Below are positions 29,681-38,658 of a stretch of 64,000 bases of DNA, one piece after another. How positions within the stretch are numbered: the first letter of the stretch is position 1; each line of letters opens with the position of its first letter. Source of the DNA: Candidatus Eremiobacteria bacterium (GTDB lineage: Bacteria > Vulcanimicrobiota > Vulcanimicrobiia > Vulcanimicrobiales > Vulcanimicrobiaceae); contig CAVTRC010000001.1 in NCBI GenBank assembly GCA_963737065.1, positions 137,898-201,897 on the forward strand, written 5' to 3'. The notes under the pieces are model-generated. The model saw nothing but the letters and a program-made list of their open reading frames with translations, was not told the origin of the DNA and searched no databases. The translations under genes and the position numbers were made by a program.

Positions 29681-30327
29681 AATATTCGGTTCTCGTTCTC
29701 ACCGCGGCGCTTGCGCTTCTCGCCGTTGCGCCGCCGCCTCCGCCGCCACCGCCCGTTCCCGGATCGACAAACACGACGAATACGGTCACGCCGGGAACAG
29801 CCGCCTCAACGCCGCCGCCAAGCGCGCAATCGCCCGCGACTGCGCCGACGGACGATCCGAACGGTTCACTCAATAATCTTTTCGGACCGCCGAAACCCGC
29901 TACGAGCGCGTCACCCGGTCCGAACGAAAGCGCAACACCATCGCCGCCACCCGACGATCGCAAAGGGCTCGACGGCGTGTGGGAATTGCAAATTCAGCGC
30001 GGCGCGAACACCGAATACGAACATTTCAATTTGAAGCAAACGGGATCGGCGATCACCGGCACGTATCTCACCCAAGACAAGAAAAAGTTTCCGCTCGCGG
30101 GTTCGATGGATGGGCGCAACGTTCGCCTCGTTGTTTCGCTTGCGAACGGCTCTACGATCCTGCTGGAAGGCCGCGTCGACGGGACGACGGATATGCTCGG
30201 CATGTTGACGGATTCACAAGAGCGCGTACCGTTCACCGCGGCATATCGGCCGAAAGAAAAGTGGAGTGACAACGTCAACGCTCAACCGGGCGGAATTGGG
30301 TCGCCAAACGGTTATCCTCCGCAGTAA
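29677..30327 (+). CDS. hypothetical secreted protein with poly-Pro / low-complexity N-terminal region
   Basis: GTG at 29677 overlaps the upstream TGA (GTGA). Signal-like KYSVLVLTAALALLAVA followed by PPPPPPPPVP. Confidence 0.55.
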   Translation: MKYSVLVLTAALALLAVAPPPPPPPPVPGSTNTTNTVTPGTAASTPPPSAQSPATAPTDDPNGSLNNLFGPPKPATSASPGPNESATPSPPPDDRKGLDGVWELQIQRGANTEYEHFNLKQTGSAITGTYLTQDKKKFPLAGSMDGRNVRLVVSLANGSTILLEGRVDGTTDMLGMLTDSQERVPFTAAYRPKEKWSDNVNAQPGGIGSPNGYPPQ

Positions 30328-30331
30328 CGTT

Positions 30332-30835
30332 CTACTTTGCTGCGAGTCGTCGCTCGACGTACGGAACGAGGCCACCCGAGTCAATTAATTCACGCATAAA
30401 CGGCGGGAACTCGGCGGACTTGTACTCGGTTCCTTTCGTCGTGTTGCGAATGACGCCGCTCGCCGGTTCGACTTCGACGGCGTCGCCGTCTTCTATGCCA
30501 TCGACTGCCTCCGCCGATTCGAAGATCGGCAAGCCGATGTTCAGCGCGTTGCGGTAAAAGATCCGCGCGAAACTTTTCGCGATCACCGCCGACGTGCCGG
30601 AGCCCTTGATCGCGATCGGCGCGACTTCGCGGCTCGAGCCGCAGCCGAAATTCGTGCCGGCGACGATGATGTCGCCCGATTTCATTTTCGCCGTGTACTG
30701 CGGATCGAGTCCCTCGAGTGCATGTTTGCCGAGTTCGACCGGATCGATGATGTTGCAGTACTTGCCGGGGATAATGACGTCGGTGTCGACGTTCTTTCCG
30801 TACTTGTGTGCGGTTCCGTTCAGTTTGCTTTCCAT
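30332..30835 (-). CDS. leuD: 3-isopropylmalate dehydratase small subunit (short LeuD/HacB type)
   Basis: GKNVDTDVIIPGKY...AGTNFGCGSSRE...IAKSFARIFYRNA. Confidence 0.9.
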   Translation of the reverse strand: MESKLNGTAHKYGKNVDTDVIIPGKYCNIIDPVELGKHALEGLDPQYTAKMKSGDIIVAGTNFGCGSSREVAPIAIKGSGTSAVIAKSFARIFYRNALNIGLPIFESAEAVDGIEDGDAVEVEPASGVIRNTTKGTEYKSAEFPPFMRELIDSGGLVPYVERRLAAK

Positions 30836-32125
30836 CTATACTCCCGCCAGTTCTAAGACGCGGGGATCGGTGATTTTTCCGGTTAGTGCGGATACCGCGC
30901 ACGTAGCGGGCGAGGCGAGATACACTTCGGACTTCGGCGAACCCATGCGGCCGACATAGTTACGATTCGTCGTCGAGATCGCACGTTCTCCATCGCCGAG
31001 CGTGCCCATATGTCCGCCGAAACAGGCGCCGCATCCGGGCGTATTCACGGCGCAACCCGCTCCCGCGAGCGTCGTAAGCACGCCTTCGGACGCCGCCTGC
31101 ATCCAGACTTCTTGCGATCCGGGATTGACGATCACGCGAACGTTCGACGCGATCTTCTTTCCGTCGAGAATCTTCGCCACGATCCGCAGATCATCGATGT
31201 AGCCGTTCGTGCACGACCCGATGAAGACTTGATCCACTTCGATCTTGTCGCGCGCGACCTCGGAGATCGGATGCACGTTGTCCGGCGTGTGCGGGCAGGC
31301 GACTTGCGGTTCGAGCTGGTCGACGTCGATTTCAATCGTACGCTCGTAGTTCGCGTCCGCGTCTGCGCGCTCGACGATGAACGGACGATCCGTACGCTCC
31401 TTCACGAATGCAACGGCTTTTTCGTCGGCGTGGAAGATGCCGTTCTTCGCGCCGGCTTCGATTGCCATGTTCGCCATCGTGAAGCGGCCGGTAACCGAAA
31501 GATTGTCGACCGTCGTGCCGTGATATTCGATCGCGCGATAGGTCGCGCCGTCGATCCCCAGTTCGCCGACCGTTCGCAACATGAGATCTTTCGCGTACAC
31601 CATGCGGCCGAGCTCGCCGTTGTAGACGATCTTGATCGTCCCCGGGACTTTCAACCACACTTCGCCGAGGACGAACGCTGCCGCGATATCCGTCGATCCC
31701 ATGCCGGTCGCAAACGCGCCGAGCGCGCCGTACGTACAGGTGTGCGAATCGCCGCCGACGATAACCTCACCGGGTGCGACGAGTCCTTGTTGCGGCAAAA
31801 CGACGTGCTCGATCCCGCCGCGCCCGACATCGAAGAAATGCGTGATCTTCTGCTCGGCGGCGAAGTCTTTCATCAGCTTTGCGAGCTTTGCGGATTGCGC
31901 GTCTTTCGCCGGAACGAAATGATCCTCGACGAGCGCAATCTTGTCGCGATCGAAGACGGTCGAAGCGCCTTTCATGTTCCGCATAACGCCGATTGCAACG
32001 GCGGCGGAAAGTTCGTTTGCGAGCACCAAGTCGACGTTCGCGTTGATAATTTGGCCGGGCTCAATGCGATCGAGACCGGCGTGGCGGGCGAGTATTTTTT
32101 CGGTGAGTGTCATCCCCATAGGCAA
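30836..32125 (-). CDS. leuC: 3-isopropylmalate dehydratase large subunit (about 420-aa LeuC/HacA type)
   Basis: TLTEKILARHAG..., GGDSHT, IGSCTNG and GCGACFGGHMG (aconitase-family Fe-S ligands). Confidence 0.9.
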   Translation of the reverse strand: MPMGMTLTEKILARHAGLDRIEPGQIINANVDLVLANELSAAVAIGVMRNMKGASTVFDRDKIALVEDHFVPAKDAQSAKLAKLMKDFAAEQKITHFFDVGRGGIEHVVLPQQGLVAPGEVIVGGDSHTCTYGALGAFATGMGSTDIAAAFVLGEVWLKVPGTIKIVYNGELGRMVYAKDLMLRTVGELGIDGATYRAIEYHGTTVDNLSVTGRFTMANMAIEAGAKNGIFHADEKAVAFVKERTDRPFIVERADADANYERTIEIDVDQLEPQVACPHTPDNVHPISEVARDKIEVDQVFIGSCTNGYIDDLRIVAKILDGKKIASNVRVIVNPGSQEVWMQAASEGVLTTLAGAGCAVNTPGCGACFGGHMGTLGDGERAISTTNRNYVGRMGSPKSEVYLASPATCAVSALTGKITDPRVLELAGV

Positions 32126-32142
32126 GCGGTTCTTGGCGCATC

Positions 32143-32583
32143 GTGCAGAATCCCGGGCTCATGATTCTCAGCTCGGCCGCCGAGCGCAAGGCACTTCTGG
32201 AGCGCAGTTCAACAGTTGCCGTAGTCGGTGCGTCCGCAAAACCGGACCGCCCGAGCCACGGCGTGTTTGCATACCTTCGCGCGCATGGCTACGATGTGAC
32301 GCCTATCGCGCCGAAACTTGACGAGCTTCACGGGGTCAAGGCATACCCGAATCTCACCGCGTACGCCGCGGAGCGCGGTGCGCCGGACGTGGTTGACGTC
32401 TTTCGTAAACCCTCGGAGGTACTTCCGATCGTCGACGAAGCGGTCGCGGTCGGCGCCAAAGCGATTTGGTTTCAGCTCGGCGTGATCAACGAGGAAGCAA
32501 TCAACCGCGCAGATAGGGCCGGTTTAGCGGTCGTTGTCGACAAGTGTATGAAGGTGGAGCACCGTGATCGCGTATCCGGATGA
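32143..32583 (+). CDS. CoA-binding domain protein (YccU/YneT-like); the start could be ATG at 32161
   Basis: LLERSSTVAVVGASAKPDRPSHGVFAYL...G..AYPNL is a typical CoA-binding Rossmann N-terminus. Confidence 0.75.
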   Translation: MQNPGLMILSSAAERKALLERSSTVAVVGASAKPDRPSHGVFAYLRAHGYDVTPIAPKLDELHGVKAYPNLTAYAAERGAPDVVDVFRKPSEVLPIVDEAVAVGAKAIWFQLGVINEEAINRADRAGLAVVVDKCMKVEHRDRVSG

Positions 32584-33715
32584 ATCGCGGCGGCTCGATG
32601 AAACGTTGTTACGGTACATCGAGCGCTGGCGCAGCACGGGAGAAGCGATGACGGACGGCGAGTTCAACGATCTCGCCCTCACGATCTTTGCGTACCAGCT
32701 TCAGTACAATACGCCCTACGCGCAGTATTGCGCTTCGTTGGATGTTACGCGCGAAAACTTCCCGTCGCAATGGGAAGAAATTCCGTCGCTGCCGAGCGCC
32801 GCGTTCAAAGAAACGCGACTCGCGACATTCGATCCGCTCACCGCGGCAGCCGTCTTCGAAACAAGCGGTACGACGCGCGGCGAAGGCGGCCGGCATTATA
32901 TGGAGACGACCGCAATCTACGACGCATCGTTGTTAGCAACGTTCAGCGCGTTCATGCTGTCGGATCATGCGTCGCTGCGATACCTCAACCTCGTGCCGAA
33001 CCCCGCCGAGAATCCGCACTCGTCGCTCGGTTACATGATGGCGAAGGTGTCGCAGCAATTCGGTGACGGACGAACGGGCTGGTTCATCAGCAACGGCGTG
33101 CTGGACGTCGAATCACTCATCGCGGAACTGCAGACGGCCGCCGAGCGCGATCGTCCTGTGTGCATCGCAACGACGTCCTTCGCGCTCGTACATCTGCTCG
33201 ACGCGCTGGAACAACGGGCGCGCTACTTCGCGCTGCCCGCCGGCTCGCGTATCATGGAAACCGGCGGCTTCAAGGGACGCTCGCGCTACGTCGATCGTTT
33301 CGAACTGTACCGAACGACCGCGGAACGGTTGGGCACGAGGCTTGAAACGATCGTTTCGGAATACGGTATGACCGAACTCAGTTCGCAATACTACGACGAC
33401 GTCTTGGTGCGGCGCGCGGGTGCGCATGGGACGGAACCCCGATATAAGACGCCTCCGCCCTGGATGCGCGCCCGCGTTGTCGGCGCGGATGGAAAGACCT
33501 TACCGCATGGGACGGCCGGCGCGCTGGTTCACGTCGATCTCGCGAACCGTTCGTCGTGTATCGCAATCCAAACCGAAGATGTCGGTGTCGAATTCGCGCC
33601 GTCGATCTACGGGCAACGCATCGTCCTGATGGGACGCGACGCCGGCGCCTCGTTGCGCGGCTGTTCGCTCACCGCCGAGGATCTCGCCGTGCCCGATCAC
33701 CGCATCCTGCGATGA
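32564..33715 (+). CDS. LuxE-like acyl-protein synthetase / acyl-adenylate-forming enzyme
   Basis: FNDLALTIFAYQLQYNTPYAQYC...IPSLPSAAFK...FETSGTTRGEGGRH resembles the LuxE family (PF04443-like). Assigned from memory of the family pattern. Confidence 0.65.
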   Translation: MIAYPDESRRLDETLLRYIERWRSTGEAMTDGEFNDLALTIFAYQLQYNTPYAQYCASLDVTRENFPSQWEEIPSLPSAAFKETRLATFDPLTAAAVFETSGTTRGEGGRHYMETTAIYDASLLATFSAFMLSDHASLRYLNLVPNPAENPHSSLGYMMAKVSQQFGDGRTGWFISNGVLDVESLIAELQTAAERDRPVCIATTSFALVHLLDALEQRARYFALPAGSRIMETGGFKGRSRYVDRFELYRTTAERLGTRLETIVSEYGMTELSSQYYDDVLVRRAGAHGTEPRYKTPPPWMRARVVGADGKTLPHGTAGALVHVDLANRSSCIAIQTEDVGVEFAPSIYGQRIVLMGRDAGASLRGCSLTAEDLAVPDHRILR

Positions 33716-33821
33716 TGGGGCACCAATACACCTCCTGTGCGGTGCCTGATCACCGCATCCTGCGATGATGGGGCACGAATACACCTCCTGTGCGGTGCCC
33801 GATCACCGCATCCTGCGATGA
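33689..33821 (+). repeat. 53-bp tandem repeat, 2.5 copies, each full unit containing a 17-bp-arm hairpin; spans the luxE stop and the luxC start
   Basis: Units start at 33689, 33742 and 33795 (GTGCC(C/T)GATCACCGCATCCTGCGATGATGGGGCAC(C/G)AATACACCTCCTGTGCG). Copies differ at 2-3 positions. Confidence 0.9.
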
Positions 33822-35038
33822 CCGCTCTTGCGGCGGTGCCGGCGCGGCGGATTATCGCGGCGGTTTCCGGCGCGGCGGCGCGGTGGGCCGACGCGGATTT
33901 TCCTCCGCGCGTGCGGGTTCTCGATTCGATCGTGAAGCGGACCGGATACTCGGTTCCCGTCGTCGAGTACGCGCTCGATCAGCTCTTCACCGCGGTGAAC
34001 GCCGCTGACCTCGAAGCAACGATCGCGAACGAACTGGGATCGGTCGATATTCTGGACCGATTTGTCGAACGCACGTCGCGAAGCAAAGCGCGTGCGCGTC
34101 CGGTGGGATCGGTATGCGTCATTTCCAGCCGTACGACGATCGGCGTCGCGATCGTTCCGGCCGTCTTTGCGCTGTGCGCCAAATGCGACGTGCTCGTGAA
34201 GGACCGCGAAGACGGCATCGTGCGCGGCTTTTTCACCACGCTGTGCGACGAGCTCGATGAGTTCGTAACCGCGGCTCGCGCCGGCGCGTGGCGCGGCGAG
34301 GACCATGCGGTCGATCTCGCGCAGTTCGGCGTCGTCGTTGCGTTCGGCAGCGATTCGACGTTGGCGCGCATCGCGAAAAACGCGGCGCCGAGCGCGTTTA
34401 TCGGCTACGGATCCAAGGCGACGATCGGGTACGCCGGCCGCGATGCGCTCTCCGATGAGGCGAACGTGAAGGCGATCGCTCAGTGCGCTGCGCGCGATCT
34501 CGTGCTCTACGAAAGCCAAGGTTGCCTGTCGTTGCATGCGCTCTTCGTAGAACACGGCGGTGCGGTAACGCCGCAGCGCTTCTGCACGCTCCTCGCCGAA
34601 GCGGTCGAACGCGCCGCGGTCGAATTTCCGCCGGGACCACGCGATGTCCGCGCCAGCGCGCGCATCGCACATGCACGCAAACTCGCCGCATTTCGCTCGG
34701 CGACGGGCCGTGGCGCGGTTTTTTCAGACGAACGCGCAAGTTATCTCGCGGTCCTCGATCCTCCGCCGAGCGAGCCGCCGGCGTTTCTGCCGCGCGCGCT
34801 GTCGATACACACGGTGAATTCGCCGGATGATGCCGTCGCATACGTGCGCCGGCATGAACTTTCGCTTGAAGCCATCGCTGTTGCGGGCGTTCGCGATGAT
34901 ATCGTCGATGCGGCGCTGTCGCTCAGCGTCAATCGCATCACCGCATTCGGTGAACTGCAGCGTCCGCCGGCAAGCGGAAGCCACGGCGGACGCGCGCGCA
35001 TCGCCGATTTCGTTCGCTGGGTCAGCTTCGAAACGTGA
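33818..35038 (+). CDS. LuxC-like acyl-CoA (acyl-protein) reductase
   Basis: Position immediately after the LuxE-like gene, plus family resemblance (VGSVCVISSRTTIGVAIVPAVFALCAKCDVLVK...YESQGCLSLH). ATG at 33818 overlaps the last repeat-unit TGA. In-frame upstream starts at 33737 and 33790 lie inside the repeat. Confidence 0.6.
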   Translation: MTALAAVPARRIIAAVSGAAARWADADFPPRVRVLDSIVKRTGYSVPVVEYALDQLFTAVNAADLEATIANELGSVDILDRFVERTSRSKARARPVGSVCVISSRTTIGVAIVPAVFALCAKCDVLVKDREDGIVRGFFTTLCDELDEFVTAARAGAWRGEDHAVDLAQFGVVVAFGSDSTLARIAKNAAPSAFIGYGSKATIGYAGRDALSDEANVKAIAQCAARDLVLYESQGCLSLHALFVEHGGAVTPQRFCTLLAEAVERAAVEFPPGPRDVRASARIAHARKLAAFRSATGRGAVFSDERASYLAVLDPPPSEPPAFLPRALSIHTVNSPDDAVAYVRRHELSLEAIAVAGVRDDIVDAALSLSVNRITAFGELQRPPASGSHGGRARIADFVRWVSFET

Positions 35039-36318
35039 ACGACGAATTCGAAGCCGTGCGCGGGCCGATCCCCGGGCCGCGCACTACCGCGTTGCACGCG
35101 CAGCTCGCCGAATACGAATCGCAGAACGTCACGTATCTGAGCGATGAGTTCCCGGTTTTTTGGGAGACGGCATCGGGTTCGAGCGTGACGGACGTCGACG
35201 GCAACCGCTATATCGATCTCACGTCGGCGTTCGGCGTTGCCAGCGTCGGTCATGCGAATCGGAGCGTGACCGCGGCCATCGCGCGGCAGGCCGCGACGCT
35301 CATGCACGGCATGGGCGACGTGCATCCCACCGAAGTTCGTTCGCGTTTGCTCGAGCGGCTCGCGGGACTGCTTCCCACCGGACTGACCAAAACGTTTCTT
35401 GCGACAACCGGATCCGAAGCGATCGAGGCGGCGTTGAAAACCGCGATCATGGCGAGCGGTAAGCATCGTTTCCTCGCGTATCGCGGCGCGTATCACGGGC
35501 TGTCGCTCGGTGCGCTCACCGTATGCGGGATCGACAAGTTCGTCGACCGCTTCCGCGGACTCGTTCCCGGCGTGACGACGCTGCTCCACTATCCCGACGC
35601 GCAACGCATCACGCTCGATGAAGCAACCGCGCAACTCGAACGGGAAGCCGGAGATTGCAACGACATTGCGGCGCTCGTCGTCGAGCCGCTGCAAGGACGC
35701 GGCGGGTGCATCGTTCCGCCGGGCGGCTATCTTACAGCGCTTCGCCGCTTCTGCGACGAGCGCGGCATCATCATGATCGTCGACGAGATCTACACGGGGT
35801 TCGGCCGCACCGGCTGCTGGTTTGCGTGCGAAGCGGAAGCCGTCGTACCCGATATCGTCTGCATCGGGAAAGCGATGGGCGGAGGATTTCCGATCAGCGC
35901 GGCCGTTGGGCGGCCGGCGATTATGGACCGGTGGCCGCGTTCGTCCGGCGAAGCGCTGCACACGTCGACCTATTTAGGCAATCCGATGGGCTGTTCGGCC
36001 GCGCTCGCGACGATTGAGGAAGTGGAACGCGAGGATCTCCCGAAACGCGCGCGCGAGCTCGGCGACGTCGTCGGCTTGCAGCTCGAGCGGTTTCTGGCGC
36101 GCGAATCGGTCGTCGCGGTCCGCGGGCGCGGCATGATGTGGGGCGTCCAACTTCAGAGCGCCGAGGATGCGGGCCGCGTTGTGAAACGCGCGTTGGCGCG
36201 CGGTGTGATTCTTCTTCAATCGGGGCCGGCGGGCGACGTGCTGTCGATCACACCGCCGCTTGTTATCGATCGGCCCGTACTTTTACGTGCTCTCGACATC
36301 ATCAACGAGGAACTGTGA
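35035..36318 (+). CDS. class-III (acetylornithine/GABA/omega-type) aminotransferase
   Basis: GSEAIEAALK, IVDEIYTGFGRTG, and DIVCIGKAMGGGFPISA (PLP-lysine context). GTGA overlap with the luxC-like stop. Confidence 0.85.
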   Translation: MNDEFEAVRGPIPGPRTTALHAQLAEYESQNVTYLSDEFPVFWETASGSSVTDVDGNRYIDLTSAFGVASVGHANRSVTAAIARQAATLMHGMGDVHPTEVRSRLLERLAGLLPTGLTKTFLATTGSEAIEAALKTAIMASGKHRFLAYRGAYHGLSLGALTVCGIDKFVDRFRGLVPGVTTLLHYPDAQRITLDEATAQLEREAGDCNDIAALVVEPLQGRGGCIVPPGGYLTALRRFCDERGIIMIVDEIYTGFGRTGCWFACEAEAVVPDIVCIGKAMGGGFPISAAVGRPAIMDRWPRSSGEALHTSTYLGNPMGCSAALATIEEVEREDLPKRARELGDVVGLQLERFLARESVVAVRGRGMMWGVQLQSAEDAGRVVKRALARGVILLQSGPAGDVLSITPPLVIDRPVLLRALDIINEEL

Positions 36319-37349
36319 AAACATATCGCGTTGGCATCAGCGGCGCCGGCTTCGGCGTAAAAGCACATCTTCCGGCGCTGCTTGCGCATCCGCGCTTCGA
36401 TGTCGTGGCCGTTGCTTCACCATCATCGGCGCAGGCCGTTGCCAAGGAACGAAACATTCCGCATGCATTCTCGAGCGCTGCTGAAATGGTCGATGGCTGC
36501 GAACTGGACGCAGTGGTCGTCGCGTCGCCGCCGTTCGCGCATCGCGACGATGTGCTGGCGGCGCTCGACGTGCGCAAGCACGTATTGTGCGAAAAACCGT
36601 TTGCGCTCAACGTCGAGGAGGCTGAAGAAATGCTCGCGGCGTCGCTCAATGCGCAGAGCGCCTGCGGCGTCGCGCACGAGTTTCGTTTCGTACCGCAGCG
36701 TATGGCGATCAAGCAACTCGTCGAGAATGGGCACTTGACGCCGCTTCGCGAGATCGAGATCACGCAACTCGGCACATTCTTACGATGCGACGGCACGCGG
36801 TCACGCGGCTGGTGGTTCGAACGCCAACGCGGCGGCGGCGTTGCCGGTGCGTTGATGTCGCATGTGATCGATAGCGCGAACTGGACGATCGGACGGCCGC
36901 CGAAGTCCGTCACCGGTCTGCTCCGTACGGCGAACGCGCAGCGTACCGATGCAGCCGGCATCTTCACGAGCACCTCAGACGACGGCGCCTTCGCGTTACT
37001 CGATTACGGCGACGGGTTGATCGGACGGCTGTCGGTGGACGCCGCTGTTGCGGTCGAATCGTTCACGCTCGCCGTACACGCCGAGAACCGCACGGCGGTT
37101 GCGAGCGGCCAAACGATCGTTGATATGACGCTGTTCTCTATCGATGATGAAGAGACGAACGAACTGGAATGCAAGCCGTCGCCGTATGCGAAGTTCAGCA
37201 GCATCAATGCCAACGTTCCGCTGCTGATGGAACTGTACGACGAATGGATCAAGCAGATCGAAACGGGCGCCAGCGCGCTGCCGAGCTTTGAGGACGCCTT
37301 GGAAACACAACGCGTGCTGGCGGCGATCGGCTATACCGCGGCATCCTAG
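36315..37349 (+). CDS. Gfo/Idh/MocA-family oxidoreductase
   Basis: VKTYRVGISGAGFGVKAHLPAL...VLCEKPFAL is typical of the family. The GTG start overlaps the aminotransferase TGA (GTGA). Confidence 0.85.
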   Translation: MKTYRVGISGAGFGVKAHLPALLAHPRFDVVAVASPSSAQAVAKERNIPHAFSSAAEMVDGCELDAVVVASPPFAHRDDVLAALDVRKHVLCEKPFALNVEEAEEMLAASLNAQSACGVAHEFRFVPQRMAIKQLVENGHLTPLREIEITQLGTFLRCDGTRSRGWWFERQRGGGVAGALMSHVIDSANWTIGRPPKSVTGLLRTANAQRTDAAGIFTSTSDDGAFALLDYGDGLIGRLSVDAAVAVESFTLAVHAENRTAVASGQTIVDMTLFSIDDEETNELECKPSPYAKFSSINANVPLLMELYDEWIKQIETGASALPSFEDALETQRVLAAIGYTAAS

Positions 37350-37389
37350 AACGGCGGCCGGTTTTCCTCGCCGATGCCGTGTGCCGCGA

Positions 37390-38658
37390 CTATGTGAGCC
37401 GTTCGCTGAGCGGCGTCCGTAATTCGTGCCAAAACAGGCCGAGCGCCATGACCGTTGCGCGCCGTTGGATCGCATCGCGATCGCCTAAAAAGGTATACGA
37501 ACGCGCGGTCACGCGCTGCGCATCCGCGATGCCGAACCACACGAGCCCTACCGGCTTGTCGTCTGTACCACCGGCCGGACCGGCGACGCCGGTCGTCGAC
37601 ATGCCATACGTTGTCCCGAGCCGCATGCGAACGCCGCGCGCCATTTCGATCGCGGTTTGCTCGCTGACCGCGCCGTAACGAGCGAGCGTCTCTTGCGAAA
37701 CGTTCACTTCACCGACTTTCACGGAATTGTCGTACGCGACGACGCCGCCCCAAAACGTTTCCGATGACCCGGGAAGACGCGTAAACGCTGAGGCGATGCG
37801 ACCGCCTGTGCACGATTCAGCGGTAGCAACCGTTGCGCCGCGATTGCGCAGCAACTCCGCAACTGCCGATTCGATCGTCGCCTCGCCAGTACCGAACACG
37901 AAGCCTTGCAGACGCTCTTCGATCCGTTGCTGCAGCGGTGCAATCATCGTTTCAGCTTCGGCCGCTGACGTGGCTTTCACCATGATCTTCACGTCGCATA
38001 TGCCTTCGTGCGCGAGCACGGCGATCTTCGGGTTCTCGCCGGCGCGAAAGAGGTCGCCGATGCGATGATCGATCTCGGACTCGCCGATGTTGATCGTGTG
38101 TACGACGCGCGTAAAAATCGCGGCGCGCAGCTCGTACCGTTCGCGCAAAAAGGGGATGAGGTGCTCGGTCAACATCGGTTGCATCTCGCGCGGTACGCCG
38201 GGCATCGATGCAACGAACTTTCCCGACGAAGCGAACGCAACGAACCCAGGAGCCGTGCCTCGAGGATTTTTCAGCACAAAACTCCCGCGAGGCACGTCGG
38301 CTTGTTTGCGATTGTTCTCGCGCATCTCCCGCCCGCTCTTTGCAAAGAAATCTTTCATCTGGCGCAGCGAACGTTCGTCCGGCACGGTGTCGACGCCGAG
38401 CGCATCGCACACTGCCTCTTTCGTCAAATCATCCACGGTCGGTCCCAGTCCGCCCGTGGTGATGACGCCGTCGACGCGACCCAGCGCCGCCCGCAACGCG
38501 TTTGCGATACGAACGCGATTATCACCAACCGCATGCGTGCCCAATACATCGATTCCGGCGTTCGCGCAGTGACGCGCGACAAACGCGGTGTTCGTATCCG
38601 CCAACTGCCCCAGCAGCAGCTCGGTGCCGACCGCGACGAGTTCAACCGCGAGCGACAC
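37390..38658 (-). CDS. cinA: CinA-family protein (MoCF-type domain + nicotinamide-nucleotide amidase PncC domain)
   Basis: ELVAVGTELLLGQLADTN...TTGGLGPTVDDLT...ATAESCTGG...GLVWFG. Confidence 0.9.
   Translation of the reverse strand: MSLAVELVAVGTELLLGQLADTNTAFVARHCANAGIDVLGTHAVGDNRVRIANALRAALGRVDGVITTGGLGPTVDDLTKEAVCDALGVDTVPDERSLRQMKDFFAKSGREMRENNRKQADVPRGSFVLKNPRGTAPGFVAFASSGKFVASMPGVPREMQPMLTEHLIPFLRERYELRAAIFTRVVHTINIGESEIDHRIGDLFRAGENPKIAVLAHEGICDVKIMVKATSAAEAETMIAPLQQRIEERLQGFVFGTGEATIESAVAELLRNRGATVATAESCTGGRIASAFTRLPGSSETFWGGVVAYDNSVKVGEVNVSQETLARYGAVSEQTAIEMARGVRMRLGTTYGMSTTGVAGPAGGTDDKPVGLVWFGIADAQRVTARSYTFLGDRDAIQRRATVMALGLFWHELRTPLSERLT

Noticed and set aside
33737-33817. In-frame N-terminal extension of the LuxC-like ORF (MRCLITASCDDGARIHLLCGARSPHPA...) and the parallel ORFs 33556-33768 and 33790-34008
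   Set aside because: These are translations of the 53-bp tandem repeat in its different frames. The conserved LuxC-like sequence begins at ATG 33818.
34741-35961. 406-aa minus-strand ORF overlapping the LuxC-like and aminotransferase genes
   Set aside because: It is antisense to two ORFs with clear family motifs. Its composition is dominated by R/A/G and it has no motif. Shadow ORF.
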